A stretch of 64,000 nucleotides of DNA from assembly GCA_038209365.1 (NCBI GenBank), contig JBBQXS010000017.1:7111-71110 (forward strand). Direction: 5' to 3'. The stretch is from Acidimicrobiia bacterium. Its GTDB lineage: Bacteria > Actinomycetota > Acidimicrobiia > IMCC26256 > PALSA-610. Below the pieces are notes generated by a model that worked only from the letters and a program-made list of their open reading frames with translations, was not told the DNA's origin and searched no databases. The translations under genes and the position numbers were made by a program. How positions within the stretch are numbered: the first letter of the stretch is position 1; every line of letters begins with the position of its first letter. Positions 15,289-24,334 of this stretch are shown here, piece after piece.

Positions 15289-16378
15289 GTCGACCGGCGC
15301 GTCACGCGATCGCGAATCCGCGGTGCTCGACCGGATCGAATCGTTTCGGCGGCGCCGCCCCCGCTTGACCGACGACGTCGTCACGCTTGCCCACGGCGCC
15401 GGCGGCAAGGCCTCCGCGGCGCTCGTCGACGCAGTGTTCCTCGACGCGTTCGCGCCGGCTGACCGCGGTCCACTCGCCGATGCCGCGTCGCTCACGCTGC
15501 CGACCGGAGAACGGCTCGCGTTCACGACCGACTCGTTCGTGGTCCAGCCCCGCCGCTTCCCCGGCGGTTCGATCGGCGACCTCGCGGTCAATGGCACGGT
15601 GAACGACCTCGCTGTGAGTGGCGCAATTCCACAATGGTTGTCGGCGGCGTTCGTGATCGAGGAAGGCTTCCCGGTCGCCGAGTTGCGTGAGCTCGTCGCG
15701 GACATGGCGCGCGCGGCCGCGGCTGCGCGCATCGAGATCGTGACCGGCGACACGAAGGTCGTCGGCAAGGGCGCGGCCGATGGTCTGTACATCACGACGA
15801 CCGGCGTGGGCGTGATTCCCGCCGGACGCGCGCTCGGACCGGAACGGGTCGAAGCGGGTGACGTGGTGCTTGTCTCGGGCACGATCGCGGATCACGGCAT
15901 GGCGGTGATGCTGGCGCGCGGTGACCTCGCGCTCGAGGCCGACATTCGTTCGGACACTGCACCGCTGGGCGCGCTCGTGGAGTCGTTGCTTGCAGCCGCG
16001 CCGTCGACGCGCTGGATGCGGGACCCGACGCGAGGCGGGGTGGGCACCGTGTGCAACGAGCTCGCGCGCGATGTCGATCTCGCGGTCGTGCTCGACGAGA
16101 GTGCATTGCCGATCTTGCCGCAAGTCGCAGGCGCGTGTGATCTACTCGGCATCGACCCGCTCTACGTCGCCAACGAAGGAAAACTGCTCGCGATCGTGGC
16201 GGTCGACGAAGCTGAGGCCGCGCTCGCCGCGCTGCGAGCGAACTCCGCCGGCCGCGACGCGACGCGCGTCGGCGAGATCGCACCAGAACCGGAAGGCATC
16301 GTCGTGCTCCGCACCACATTTGGCGGCACGCGCATCGTCGACATGCTCGTCGGTGATCCGCTGCCGCGCATCTGCTGA
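15281..16378 (+). CDS. hypE: hydrogenase maturation protein HypE
   Basis: AIR-synthase-like fold motifs (HGAGG, GDLAVNGTVNDLAVSGA, TGDTKV) and the C-terminal PRIC. Confidence 0.95.
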   Translation: MAESTGASRDRESAVLDRIESFRRRRPRLTDDVVTLAHGAGGKASAALVDAVFLDAFAPADRGPLADAASLTLPTGERLAFTTDSFVVQPRRFPGGSIGDLAVNGTVNDLAVSGAIPQWLSAAFVIEEGFPVAELRELVADMARAAAAARIEIVTGDTKVVGKGAADGLYITTTGVGVIPAGRALGPERVEAGDVVLVSGTIADHGMAVMLARGDLALEADIRSDTAPLGALVESLLAAAPSTRWMRDPTRGGVGTVCNELARDVDLAVVLDESALPILPQVAGACDLLGIDPLYVANEGKLLAIVAVDEAEAALAALRANSAGRDATRVGEIAPEPEGIVVLRTTFGGTRIVDMLVGDPLPRIC

Positions 16379-16383
16379 TACAC

Positions 16384-18675
16384 ATGGCCCGAACTCGAAT
16401 GCGCGTCACGGGAACCGTCCAGGGAGTCGGCTTCCGGCCGTTCGTGCATCGACACGCGGTCGAACTCGGTCTCGTCGGGTTCGTCCGCAACGACTCGCAG
16501 GGCGTGTTGATCGAGGTCGAAGGCGAGCCCGACCTCATCGCCGAGCTCGCTCGCCTGCTCGTCGACGAACCGCCGCCGCTCGCGCGCGTCGGCAACGTCG
16601 CCGCCACCGCGGTCGCGTCGAAGCCGACGGACTCGGGATTCCGTATCGTCGACAGCGTCGAACGCGACGCGCCGTCGGTTCCAGTGAGCGTCGACACCGC
16701 CACCTGCGACGAGTGCCTGTTCGAGGTAAACGACCCCGCCGACCGACGTCGCGGCTATGCATTCACGAACTGCACGAACTGCGGGCCGCGTTACACGATC
16801 GTGTTGTCGGTCCCGTATGACCGCGAGTTCACGACGATGGCGGGTTTCGCGATGTGCTCGGCATGTCAGGCCGAATACGACGACCCGACGAACCGCCGGT
16901 TTCACGCCCAGCCCAATGCCTGCGCCGATTGCGGGCCCCAGCTCGAATGGCGCTTGCCGGGCGGCGCGCGCGTTGCCGTACGCGACGAAGCGCTCGCGGC
17001 GGCAGTCAACGCGCTGCGCGACGGGAAGGTGGTCGCGGTCAAGGGCGTAGGTGGATACCACCTTGCGGTCGACGCTACCAACGCGACCGCGGTCGCAATC
17101 CTGCGACGACGAAAGGCCCGCGATGACAAGCCGTTCGCGCTGATGGTTCGTGATCTCGAGGTGGCACAACGTCTCGTCGTGCTCGACGACGTCGCGATCG
17201 GCGCGCTGACGTCGATTCAGCGACCGATTGTCGTTGCGCCACGCGTCAAGAGCGCGCCGGTCGCCGAAGCGGCGGCGCCGGGCCTGCCTGATCTCGGCGT
17301 GATGCTGCCGTACACGCCGCTCCATCACTTGTTGCTCGCAGGTGTCGGGCGCCCGCTGTTGATGACGAGTGGCAACCTCAGCGACGAGCCGATCGCGCAC
17401 GACGATGCCGATGCCTTCGCACGGTTGGGCCCGCTCGTCGACGCCTTCCTCACTCACGACCGCCCGATCCACATTCGTTGCGACGACTCCGTCGCGCGCT
17501 CGACTCGCGGTCGCGTCCAGATGTTGCGCCGGTCGCGCGGCTACGCGCCCGAACCGTTGTCGCTTCCAACGCCTGCGCGCAGGGCCGTACTCGCGGTCGG
17601 TGCCGAGCTCAAAAGCACGATCGCCGTCGCCAAGGAGCGGATCGTCGTCGCGAGCCATCACCTCGGCGATCTCGAACACCTGCCGACGTTCCGGTCGTTC
17701 CTCCAGGCGCTCGATCATCTCCGTCACCTGTACGGCGTGGTGCCGGACGTCGTTGCCCACGACCTGCACCCGGAGTACCTGTCGACGAAGCTCGCGTTGG
17801 AGCTCGACCTCCCGACGCGCGGCGTGCAACATCACCACGCGCACGTCGCGTCATGCCTCGTCGAGCACGGCCGCACCGCGCCCGTGCTCGGGCTTGCCTT
17901 CGACGGCATGGGCTACGGCAGCGACGGGACGATGTGGGGTGGCGAGTTTCTCGTTGCCGACCTCGACGGGTTCACGCGCGTCGCCCACGTCCGCCCGGTC
18001 ACGATGCCCGGCGGTGTCGCCACGATCCGGGAGCCCTGGCGCATGGGGCTCACCTGGGCGACGCAGGCAGGCGTGGCGGACGCAGCTCGCACGATCTTCG
18101 CCGACGTCGACGCCCGCAGCCGAGAAGCAGTAGGCGACCTCATCGCGCGCGCCGCGGGTCCGGTCACGACGAGCATGGGCCGCCTGTTCGACGCCGTCGC
18201 GGCATTGCTCGGAGGCCGACGCCGCGTGAGTTACGAAGGGCAGGCCGCGATCGAGCTCGAGGCCCTCGCTCGAACCGTGGCCCGGCGCGACGCGCCTGTG
18301 TACGACGGGCTGTGCCTCAACGGGGATGCTGGCGGTGTCGGCATCATCGACCCGTCACCGCTGGTGGCGGCGTTGCTCGAGGAACGGCTTCGCGGCATCG
18401 CGACGCCGTTGCTGGCAGCCGGTTTCCATGAAGGGCTCGGACGCGCCGCCGCCGTGCTCGCGACGCGGCTCGCGCGCAAACATGGTCTCGATACCGTCGT
18501 GTTGACGGGTGGCGTGTTCCAGAACGTTCGGTTCACCGAGGTCGTCGAGTCCGCGCTTGTTCAAGAGGGTCTGCACGTGCTCGTGCACCAACACGTACCA
18601 CCCAACGACGGCGGGATCAGCATCGGTCAAGCCGCGATAGCGGCGCGTCTCGGTGCCGAAAGCGAGACGGTGTGA
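16384..18675 (+). CDS. hypF: carbamoyltransferase HypF
   Basis: Acylphosphatase domain (VTGTVQGVGFRPFV), two CxxC-x18-CxxC zinc fingers, YrdC-like and Kae1-like domains, and C-terminal NDGGISIGQA. Confidence 0.95.
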   Translation: MARTRMRVTGTVQGVGFRPFVHRHAVELGLVGFVRNDSQGVLIEVEGEPDLIAELARLLVDEPPPLARVGNVAATAVASKPTDSGFRIVDSVERDAPSVPVSVDTATCDECLFEVNDPADRRRGYAFTNCTNCGPRYTIVLSVPYDREFTTMAGFAMCSACQAEYDDPTNRRFHAQPNACADCGPQLEWRLPGGARVAVRDEALAAAVNALRDGKVVAVKGVGGYHLAVDATNATAVAILRRRKARDDKPFALMVRDLEVAQRLVVLDDVAIGALTSIQRPIVVAPRVKSAPVAEAAAPGLPDLGVMLPYTPLHHLLLAGVGRPLLMTSGNLSDEPIAHDDADAFARLGPLVDAFLTHDRPIHIRCDDSVARSTRGRVQMLRRSRGYAPEPLSLPTPARRAVLAVGAELKSTIAVAKERIVVASHHLGDLEHLPTFRSFLQALDHLRHLYGVVPDVVAHDLHPEYLSTKLALELDLPTRGVQHHHAHVASCLVEHGRTAPVLGLAFDGMGYGSDGTMWGGEFLVADLDGFTRVAHVRPVTMPGGVATIREPWRMGLTWATQAGVADAARTIFADVDARSREAVGDLIARAAGPVTTSMGRLFDAVAALLGGRRRVSYEGQAAIELEALARTVARRDAPVYDGLCLNGDAGGVGIIDPSPLVAALLEERLRGIATPLLAAGFHEGLGRAAAVLATRLARKHGLDTVVLTGGVFQNVRFTEVVESALVQEGLHVLVHQHVPPNDGGISIGQAAIAARLGAESETV

Positions 18676-18834
18676 TCCGTGGGCGAGCGACGTCACAGGA
18701 GCGGGCTCCAACAAAGGCCGACGCGCTCGCTTCGATTCAGCGGCAGCCGCGTTTACGGCGACGCCGTCGCGCCCGTTCGCGGGTGCGCTGCTGGCCCCGC
18801 TCGTACTGCCCGAATCGCTCGCCGTACCGGAGGT

Positions 18835-19476
18835 GGCACTGTTGCATTGGCGCAGCGTCGTGGGGCACGGTTGCGTTGGGGGCACGTCATCGCGCGGGTG
18901 CGCGGCTCCTTGGATCAGACGGTGCGGGCGAGTTCGGTGAACGCGTTCGCGACGCGCCGATGCGAGCACGCGTCCACGCCAAGTTCGTAGTGGCCGCGCC
19001 TGATGTTCTGCATCAACGCATGACCGCGCATGATCACACTCGCGTTCCCGTCCCGTTTGAGACCTCGCATTGGTCGCAGCCGAGACTTGAGCCGGCCGTG
19101 GTCAGCTTCGAGCCGATTGTTCGCCTACTGGTTCGTGTCATGGAACGCGCCGGGCGCGAGTTCGTGGATTGCTCGGGCGAGCGCCGGCGCCTTATCGGTC
19201 ACGATCTCGGCAGGCTCGCCGTGCGCGGCGAACGCCGTGGCGAAGAACCGGCGCGCGGCGCGGAGATCGCGTCGGGGTGAGACGAACACGTCGATGATCT
19301 GACCGTGCTGGTCAATCGCCCGGTACACGTACCGCCACCGGCCCGACACCTTCACATAGGTCTCGTCGACGAACCACCGGCTACCGACTGTGTGGCGGCA
19401 CGGCCGCGCCGCGTCGACCAACAATGGGGTGAAACGTTGCACCCACCGGTACACGGTGACGTGATCGACCTCGATG
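18835..19476 (-). mobile_element. IS6-family insertion sequence remnant (one IR plus 5'-truncated transposase)
   Basis: GGCACTGTTGCA at 18835-18846 equals the first 12 nt of the remembered IS26 IR and lies 79 bp outside the transposase stop. No matching second IR was seen. Confidence 0.7.
18915..19476 (-). pseudogene. IS6-family DDE transposase, 5'-truncated and carrying an in-frame TAG (19125-19127)
   Basis: GIEVDHVTVYRWVQ, DETYVKVSGRWRYVYRAID, then Q-TAG-ANNRLEADHGRLK where IS6100/IS26-type proteins have Y-LNN-IE-DH. The frame stays open to 18915 after the TAG. Confidence 0.75.
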
Positions 19477-19815
19477 CCTGTGGGTGCCGAAAACTCGATC
19501 GTGCCTCTGAGCTGGGCTTTTGCAGGTCCGGCGCGTCGGCGCAAAAGGACATGCGACGTCTCTCGGAGGCGCGAGGGACGTACTGAACGCCGCCCATTTG
19601 GCCGACCCTCGGGAACCGGCTCACGCTCTCGTGGTCGCCGACGGCCGGTCGATGCTTCAACGCAACGGGCCTTCGCCAGCGTCGAGCCAACACACCACTC
19701 GGTATTTCGCGCCCTTTGTGACATCCAGGGTGCTCGACGACACCGACCTGCCGACGCGCGAGGAGACCACAAACTCCCTGGTCACAGGCGCGGCCGAGTT
19801 TTCGGCACCCACAGG
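19477..19815. mobile_element. 339-bp MITE-like element bounded by perfect 20-bp inverted repeats
   Basis: cctgtgggtgccgaaaactc (19477-19496) is the exact reverse complement of gagttttcggcacccacagg (19796-19815). No transposase lies inside. Both flanks are truncated genes. Confidence 0.5.
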
Positions 19816-20017
19816 TCTCTATGCGCAGGACTGCGATCTGGCACCGCTGCTCGACCACACCGACCCCGCGATCATCGCGGCCGCCCGCAGGTTCGGTCCG
19901 GCAGCCCTCGGCGTGATGGACTACGCGACTAGCCCCGACACGGCCGAGCGACTCTGGACACTCAGCGCGCAGCTGACCCGCACCTCGCCATGCGCACTGC
20001 GGGTCATGGTGCGATGA
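19816..20017 (+). pseudogene. 3' fragment of an unidentified gene, truncated at the MITE-like element
   Basis: The reading frame ...LYAQDCDLAPLLDHTDPAIIAAARRFGPAALGVMDYATSPDTAERLW... begins exactly at the IR and has no start of its own. Confidence 0.25.
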
Positions 20018-20362
20018 CGAGTTCGGAGATGAGCTCGTCCGTCAACACCAACCGGTAGCGAAGATCGACGACGCTTCCAGGGAAGTTGCCTTCCAGGCGA
20101 TTGACGACCTCCCATGTGTTGGCGTCCGTCGCGGTTGCGTCCACGAAGGTGCGCGTGTAGCTGAACTCGGTGGACGCCTCGGTGAGCCAGTGGCGTATCT
20201 CGTCGCGGCCGACGTACTCGTGACCGTCGTCGTGCACCCGAGCGTCACGCGTGAGCAACGCGGCGCGGCGTCGGCGTCGCGCCGGTCGTGTGCCTCGAAG
20301 TAGCGACGTACAACCGCCGGAAGGTCGATGTCGTCGCGGTCGGCCGCGAAACTGTCGCTCAT
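20004..20362 (-). pseudogene. SnoaL/NTF2-like protein, disrupted by a 1-nt frameshift near 20255-20270
   Basis: MSDSF...VVRRYFEAHDRRDADAA in one frame continues as LLTRDARVHDDGHEYVGRDEIRHWL... in another (ORFs 20042-20443 and 20004-20258). Confidence 0.6.
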
Positions 20363-20417
20363 GTTCGCCACGCTACGGCGCATGCCGTCGGAAGTCGCGT
20401 GCTCGGCGAGCGCGCAG

Positions 20418-20714
20418 TCAGATCTCGCGGTCCTCGAGCACATTGAGGTTGTAAAAATGCGGTTCTCCGTCGCCGAGCGCCATCATCTTTTGTGAGAACT
20501 CTTGGGTGACGGGCAGGTTCGAGTTCTCCATCGCCGATTCGTACGAATCGAAGAACACAATGTTGACGTACGTGCCCGGGCGGTCTTTGTCCTCACACAA
20601 GACTCGGCGTCTTGCCTTTGCCTGACCCGCGGCCGCCGCCTCCCATTCCTCGCCGACCTTGCGCACTTCATCAATCTTGGATGTGCGGAACTCGATGGCC
20701 TGTACAAATCCCAC
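20418..20714 (-). CDS. small alpha+beta (ABM/Dabb-like) protein of unknown function
   Basis: Intact 98-aa ORF with plausible composition (MGFVQAIEFRT...YVNIVFFDSYESAMENS). Confidence 0.55.
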   Translation of the reverse strand: MGFVQAIEFRTSKIDEVRKVGEEWEAAAAGQAKARRRVLCEDKDRPGTYVNIVFFDSYESAMENSNLPVTQEFSQKMMALGDGEPHFYNLNVLEDREI

Positions 20715-21438
20715 CGTGATCCTCCTTCGCAGTTCTTTTGGTCGCTGAACCTCGCCCAGTCTGCCTCAGAGAACGATGCTGCGCGCATAAGTCAGGTACG
20801 AAAATCGACGATTCGTGAGGACGATGATCTCGGGCGGGAACCGAACCCCGAGAACCCCGAGCTCGGCACTGCAGGTACTACACGAGAACGGCGAGAGACC
20901 ATCCCACTACGTTCACGGCCCACCGGCACGCTCCGCCAAGCAACAGAGCCCGCTCGACTCATCGCTCGAGTCTGCAGCCCGGGCGCAGCGATCGAATGGT
21001 TTCGCGCTGTTCGCGGGATTAGCAGTCAGGAGCTATTGGTCGCGTTCCCGCGCGCTCGGAGCGGACGGCCGGCACCGCGACTGATCCGATCACGTTGCGC
21101 GAAACGCCTGCTCAGGATGCCCGCTTCTGACCAGGGCGTTCGCGGTCTCGGTGATGCGCCGACGAGTCGGGCCCTTCGAACAGCCCCGAGTCACAAAAGG
21201 TCCGAATACCCAGTGGCGACGGGCCCGACGCCAAAGTTGCGGGCCCGTTGCACGCCCGCGTCTGCCGGCTGTCGGCCATCGCGATGACGTGTCCGCGCGT
21301 CGCCCAAACACGTCGCACAGGTTGCGAGGAATGGGCAGTGTTCAACACCTCCCTCGCGCTCTTTCGCGGCTCCCGGAGACACTCGCTGCGTCCGTTTTGC
21401 GCTCACGCGAGCGCGCGCAAAGCCCTGGTCAGCAAGCC

Positions 21439-21457
21439 GATCGAGTTTTCGGCACCC
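21439..21457 (+). repeat. solo third copy of the MITE-like terminal repeat
   Basis: gatcgagttttcggcaccc matches the reverse complement of 19482-19500. Subterminal similarity (gcaaagccctggtcag) matches the other two ends. Confidence 0.5.
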
Positions 21458-21678
21458 TCACCATCCGTCGACAAGAGGTTCGGGATCTGACGTGTGCGCC
21501 CCTGCTCGATGAGTTGTGAGCCGTTCGTTTGGGTCAGCACCGAACAGAAGTCATCTCTGCTAGGCGCGGCCGCTTCGATGTGCTCGCGTCTCGCAATCAA
21601 ACGAGATCAGCTCGACAAGAGCGATGACGCCGGCAGCCACACCAAACACGATTCCCAACACCAGGTTGCCGATCCGGC

Positions 21679-23304
21679 TCATGACGCGTCTCCCAGGGGA
21701 CGACGAGTGTCAGGGCCGGGCCGCTCGGAATGCCCGGGAGCGGGGGGCCGGGTTGCGGCGATCAGCGCACCGAGGAGCGGTACGCCGACGACGAGGAAGG
21801 CGATCTGTAGGAAGGGGAACACGAACGGCACGGCGATCGCGGGTTGGTGTGCGGAGAAGCGGTGCACGCCGAATGCCACGAGCGCGGTGACGGCGGCGGC
21901 GGCAAGGATTGCGCCGACCGCGAGTACGAGTCCGGTGTGCAGGGCGGAGGCTTGTCGCGTGTGGCGTGGTGCTTCGCGCGGGAGCGGGAGGCGGGCGTTG
22001 TCACGGCGTCGGTCGCGCGTGTTGACGACGGCGGTGGCGCTGACGGCGAGCAGCGCGATGACTGCGGCGATGATGCTGATCCACCATTGGGTGGCGGTTT
22101 CGGTTGGTGCCCATGGGACGGTACCGACATGCGGAGGGCGCAGGTTTTCGGAGTGGTCGTCAGCGGTGATGGCCGTGGCTGTCGGGACGAGGGTGTGGAG
22201 TGCGGACCGTTCCTCGGCGGTGAAGGGTGTGCGGCGGGTGATGAACACGGTTGTCCGCTGGGTCGGTAACGCGAACTTGGTGACGAGGTCGGGATTGATC
22301 TCGAGCGCGACGAGGCCTTGGAATGTCGCCGCCGGCGCACGCCCGCCTTCGGCCCGGCGGCCGATGAGGTCTTCGGCGCGGGGGGCGCTAAGCAACGGCT
22401 GGATGGTGAGTGTCGACCGGATGCTCGGCGATGCGGTGCCGCGGTTGTCGGGTGGGAGGAGCGCCAGGTGCAGGTTCGATGGTTGGGCGGTCTGTCCGTA
22501 CACGTCCGCGAGTCGGGGGTCGGAGACGATCACCGGGGTCGCACATCTCGAGTCGAACAGGCAGAACAACCACGAGGACGGCGGGGGAAAGAGGAAGGAC
22601 GGTATTGAGGTGACTGGGATCACTTCGGCATCGGGGTACCGCCGACGAATCGCGGCCACCGACTCGTCCGATATCGCCTCTCCGGGACTCCCCAGCGGAG
22701 CCTGGTCGAGTCCCGGCGTACCGGCGAGGACGCCTGCCTGGCCGTCGGGCGTGTGACCGGTGGTGACCGCCATCACGCCAGGGGGCAGTACGGGCACCTG
22801 TTGCAGCCCGGCGACGGCAGTTTCGAGCCGAGCCTCGCGACCGCCGACGGACGCGCCGAGCACCACCGCGGTCAGCGCGACGACCATCGCCGCGGCCAAC
22901 AGGACGCGGACGACAGCTGGACATCGAGCCGCGCCGACGACCACGGGCCGCAGACCAGAGATACGACGTCCGGCGGCGAGCACGAAACACAACACCGGGC
23001 CGAGCGCCACGCTCACGACCAGGATCGTCACGGTCGCGGCAAACGGCACGCCCACCAACACGTCCCGGTCGGTGCGGACCGACCCCGCGACGGCGATGGT
23101 GGCGGCGGCGGCTCCGACGAGCGCGACGCCGCCCAGGAACTTGACCAGTCGGCTGGCGTCATAGGGACGCTGCGTGCGGGCGCGCGCACGCCGCACCTCG
23201 GTGGCCTCGCCCCCGCGCAGGTGCAGCCCACACCACGCGCACTGAGCGGCTTCGCCGACCGGTGACCCACATCCCGGGCAGGTCGTCTCGCGGTCATTAC
23301 TCAT
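21679..23304 (-). CDS. membrane protein with N-terminal zinc ribbon and FtsX-like permease topology
   Basis: CPGCGSP...CAWCG at the N-terminus. TM helices, a roughly 250-aa extracytoplasmic segment and a C-terminal TM bundle (RDRRRDNARL...) resemble FtsX/MacB permeases. No adjacent ABC ATPase. Confidence 0.55.
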   Translation of the reverse strand: MSNDRETTCPGCGSPVGEAAQCAWCGLHLRGGEATEVRRARARTQRPYDASRLVKFLGGVALVGAAAATIAVAGSVRTDRDVLVGVPFAATVTILVVSVALGPVLCFVLAAGRRISGLRPVVVGAARCPAVVRVLLAAAMVVALTAVVLGASVGGREARLETAVAGLQQVPVLPPGVMAVTTGHTPDGQAGVLAGTPGLDQAPLGSPGEAISDESVAAIRRRYPDAEVIPVTSIPSFLFPPPSSWLFCLFDSRCATPVIVSDPRLADVYGQTAQPSNLHLALLPPDNRGTASPSIRSTLTIQPLLSAPRAEDLIGRRAEGGRAPAATFQGLVALEINPDLVTKFALPTQRTTVFITRRTPFTAEERSALHTLVPTATAITADDHSENLRPPHVGTVPWAPTETATQWWISIIAAVIALLAVSATAVVNTRDRRRDNARLPLPREAPRHTRQASALHTGLVLAVGAILAAAAVTALVAFGVHRFSAHQPAIAVPFVFPFLQIAFLVVGVPLLGALIAATRPPAPGHSERPGPDTRRPLGDAS

Positions 23305-23961
23305 TTTGGCGACACGACATGGGTTGCTTCATCGCGCTTGTATGACGTCGCGCGTCGTCCGGCCGTTACTGGGTTGACGTGAAGAAGGCCACACGTGCGG
23401 GCTTTTGCTGAAGACCGATCGAAGGACACGCGCTGCGCTGGAGCGCATACACCTGGCCGCTCAGCGAACGTAGCGAAGGCTCTGTGTGACCGTGATGAGG
23501 AGCATCGCACGGTTGAGCCTCGGAGTCCCGCGGACCTGCGTCCGATGCCGTTGGCGCGTTCCGCTGGTTGCCTCAATGGGCGGGGCCATATAGCGGCGCG
23601 GTGCCATCCGAGTCCGATCAGTGGCGTTGGCGAATATCACCGAACCGGCTTGGTCTCAGGGGATCAACGCAACACAGGTGGCGTCAACCGAACGCAACGC
23701 GACCGCGCCGACAAGGGCCCGCGGTTGGCTACGGCAGCGCGGCCGACCGCTCGGAATGGACTCCACCGTTCACTGAAACGACCCCGCCGCCCACAGGCCC
23801 CATACGGTCGCGGCAATCAACCACCGTCATGCTTGCGCCTGAGCGGATGAGGCCTCCACCCGGGGTGAGCATTCCGATCCGTTTCGCGTCACCCCGCTCC
23901 GATCGGTCAACCTCTCTTCAGCTCACTTCGCGTGAGAAGTGAACAAAGCACACGAAGCGTG

Positions 23962-23983
23962 GGCACCCCGCGCTAAGGGTGCC
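23962..23983 (-). terminator. candidate intrinsic terminator downstream of the HTH gene
   Basis: 7-bp GC-rich stem (ggcaccc/gggtgcc) with an 8-nt loop. On the minus strand it is followed by a weak T-rich run (tgctttgtt). It lies 20 nt after the stop at 24004. Confidence 0.3.
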
Positions 23984-24003
23984 TCAATGCAGCACCCCGT
24001 GCC

Positions 24004-24219
24004 TCACGCCTTCCGCAAACGACCCCTTCGTTCGGCCCACCGCTGAATTTGCGAGCGCAACCAAAGCTGGGGCCGTCCCGGGCCAAGGTCGACGACTGGT
24101 CGGGGCATGTCCGGGTACCGCCGTTGATACAACGACACCGAGTTCGCATGACTCAACTGGAGCATCTCTGCGACCGCATGTGAATCGATCAGGTCCTCAG
24201 TGTTGACCCTCGGCGACAC
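24004..24219 (-). CDS. excisionase/AlpA-like helix-turn-helix protein
   Basis: 71-aa protein. LIDSHAVAEMLQLSHANSVSLYQRR...LWLRSQIQRWAERR resembles MerR-superfamily Xis/AlpA proteins. Confidence 0.5.
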   Translation of the reverse strand: MSPRVNTEDLIDSHAVAEMLQLSHANSVSLYQRRYPDMPRPVVDLGPGRPQLWLRSQIQRWAERRGRLRKA

Positions 24220-24237
24220 AAGGCGAGTCTAAGGGCG

Positions 24238-24268
24238 TTGACCACACGAAGCGGGCATGTGCTAGTGT
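24238..24268 (+). promoter_or_regulatory. candidate sigma70-type promoter for the recombinase-like/transposase-like pair
   Basis: TTGACC (24238-24243), a 19-nt spacer, then TGcTAGTGT, an extended -10 (24263-24268). It lies about 65 nt upstream of the 24335 start. Confidence 0.3.
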
Positions 24269-24334
24269 CTATACCACAAGACACGCAGCGGCCCCGGCGG
24301 TGTTGGAGCACCCCGGGGCCTGGCCGGCACCTGA

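Noticed and set aside
18649-18666. ggtgccgaaa inside the last codons of hypF, matching the core of the MITE-like IR and suggesting an element end fused to hypF.
   Set aside because: Only 10 contiguous nt match, and the flanks diverge. The true IS6 IR (GGCACTGTTGCA) lies 170 bp further on. A 10-mer match in GC-rich DNA of this length is plausibly chance.
19125-19127. In-frame TAG codons (IS6 transposase at 19125; repeat protein at 57667) as possible pyrrolysine or recoding sites.
   Set aside because: TAG clearly terminates several well-defined genes here (for example 33349-33351, 37032-37034 and 9576-9578). No pyl genes are seen. The transposase is also 5'-truncated, so nonsense decay is the simpler reading.
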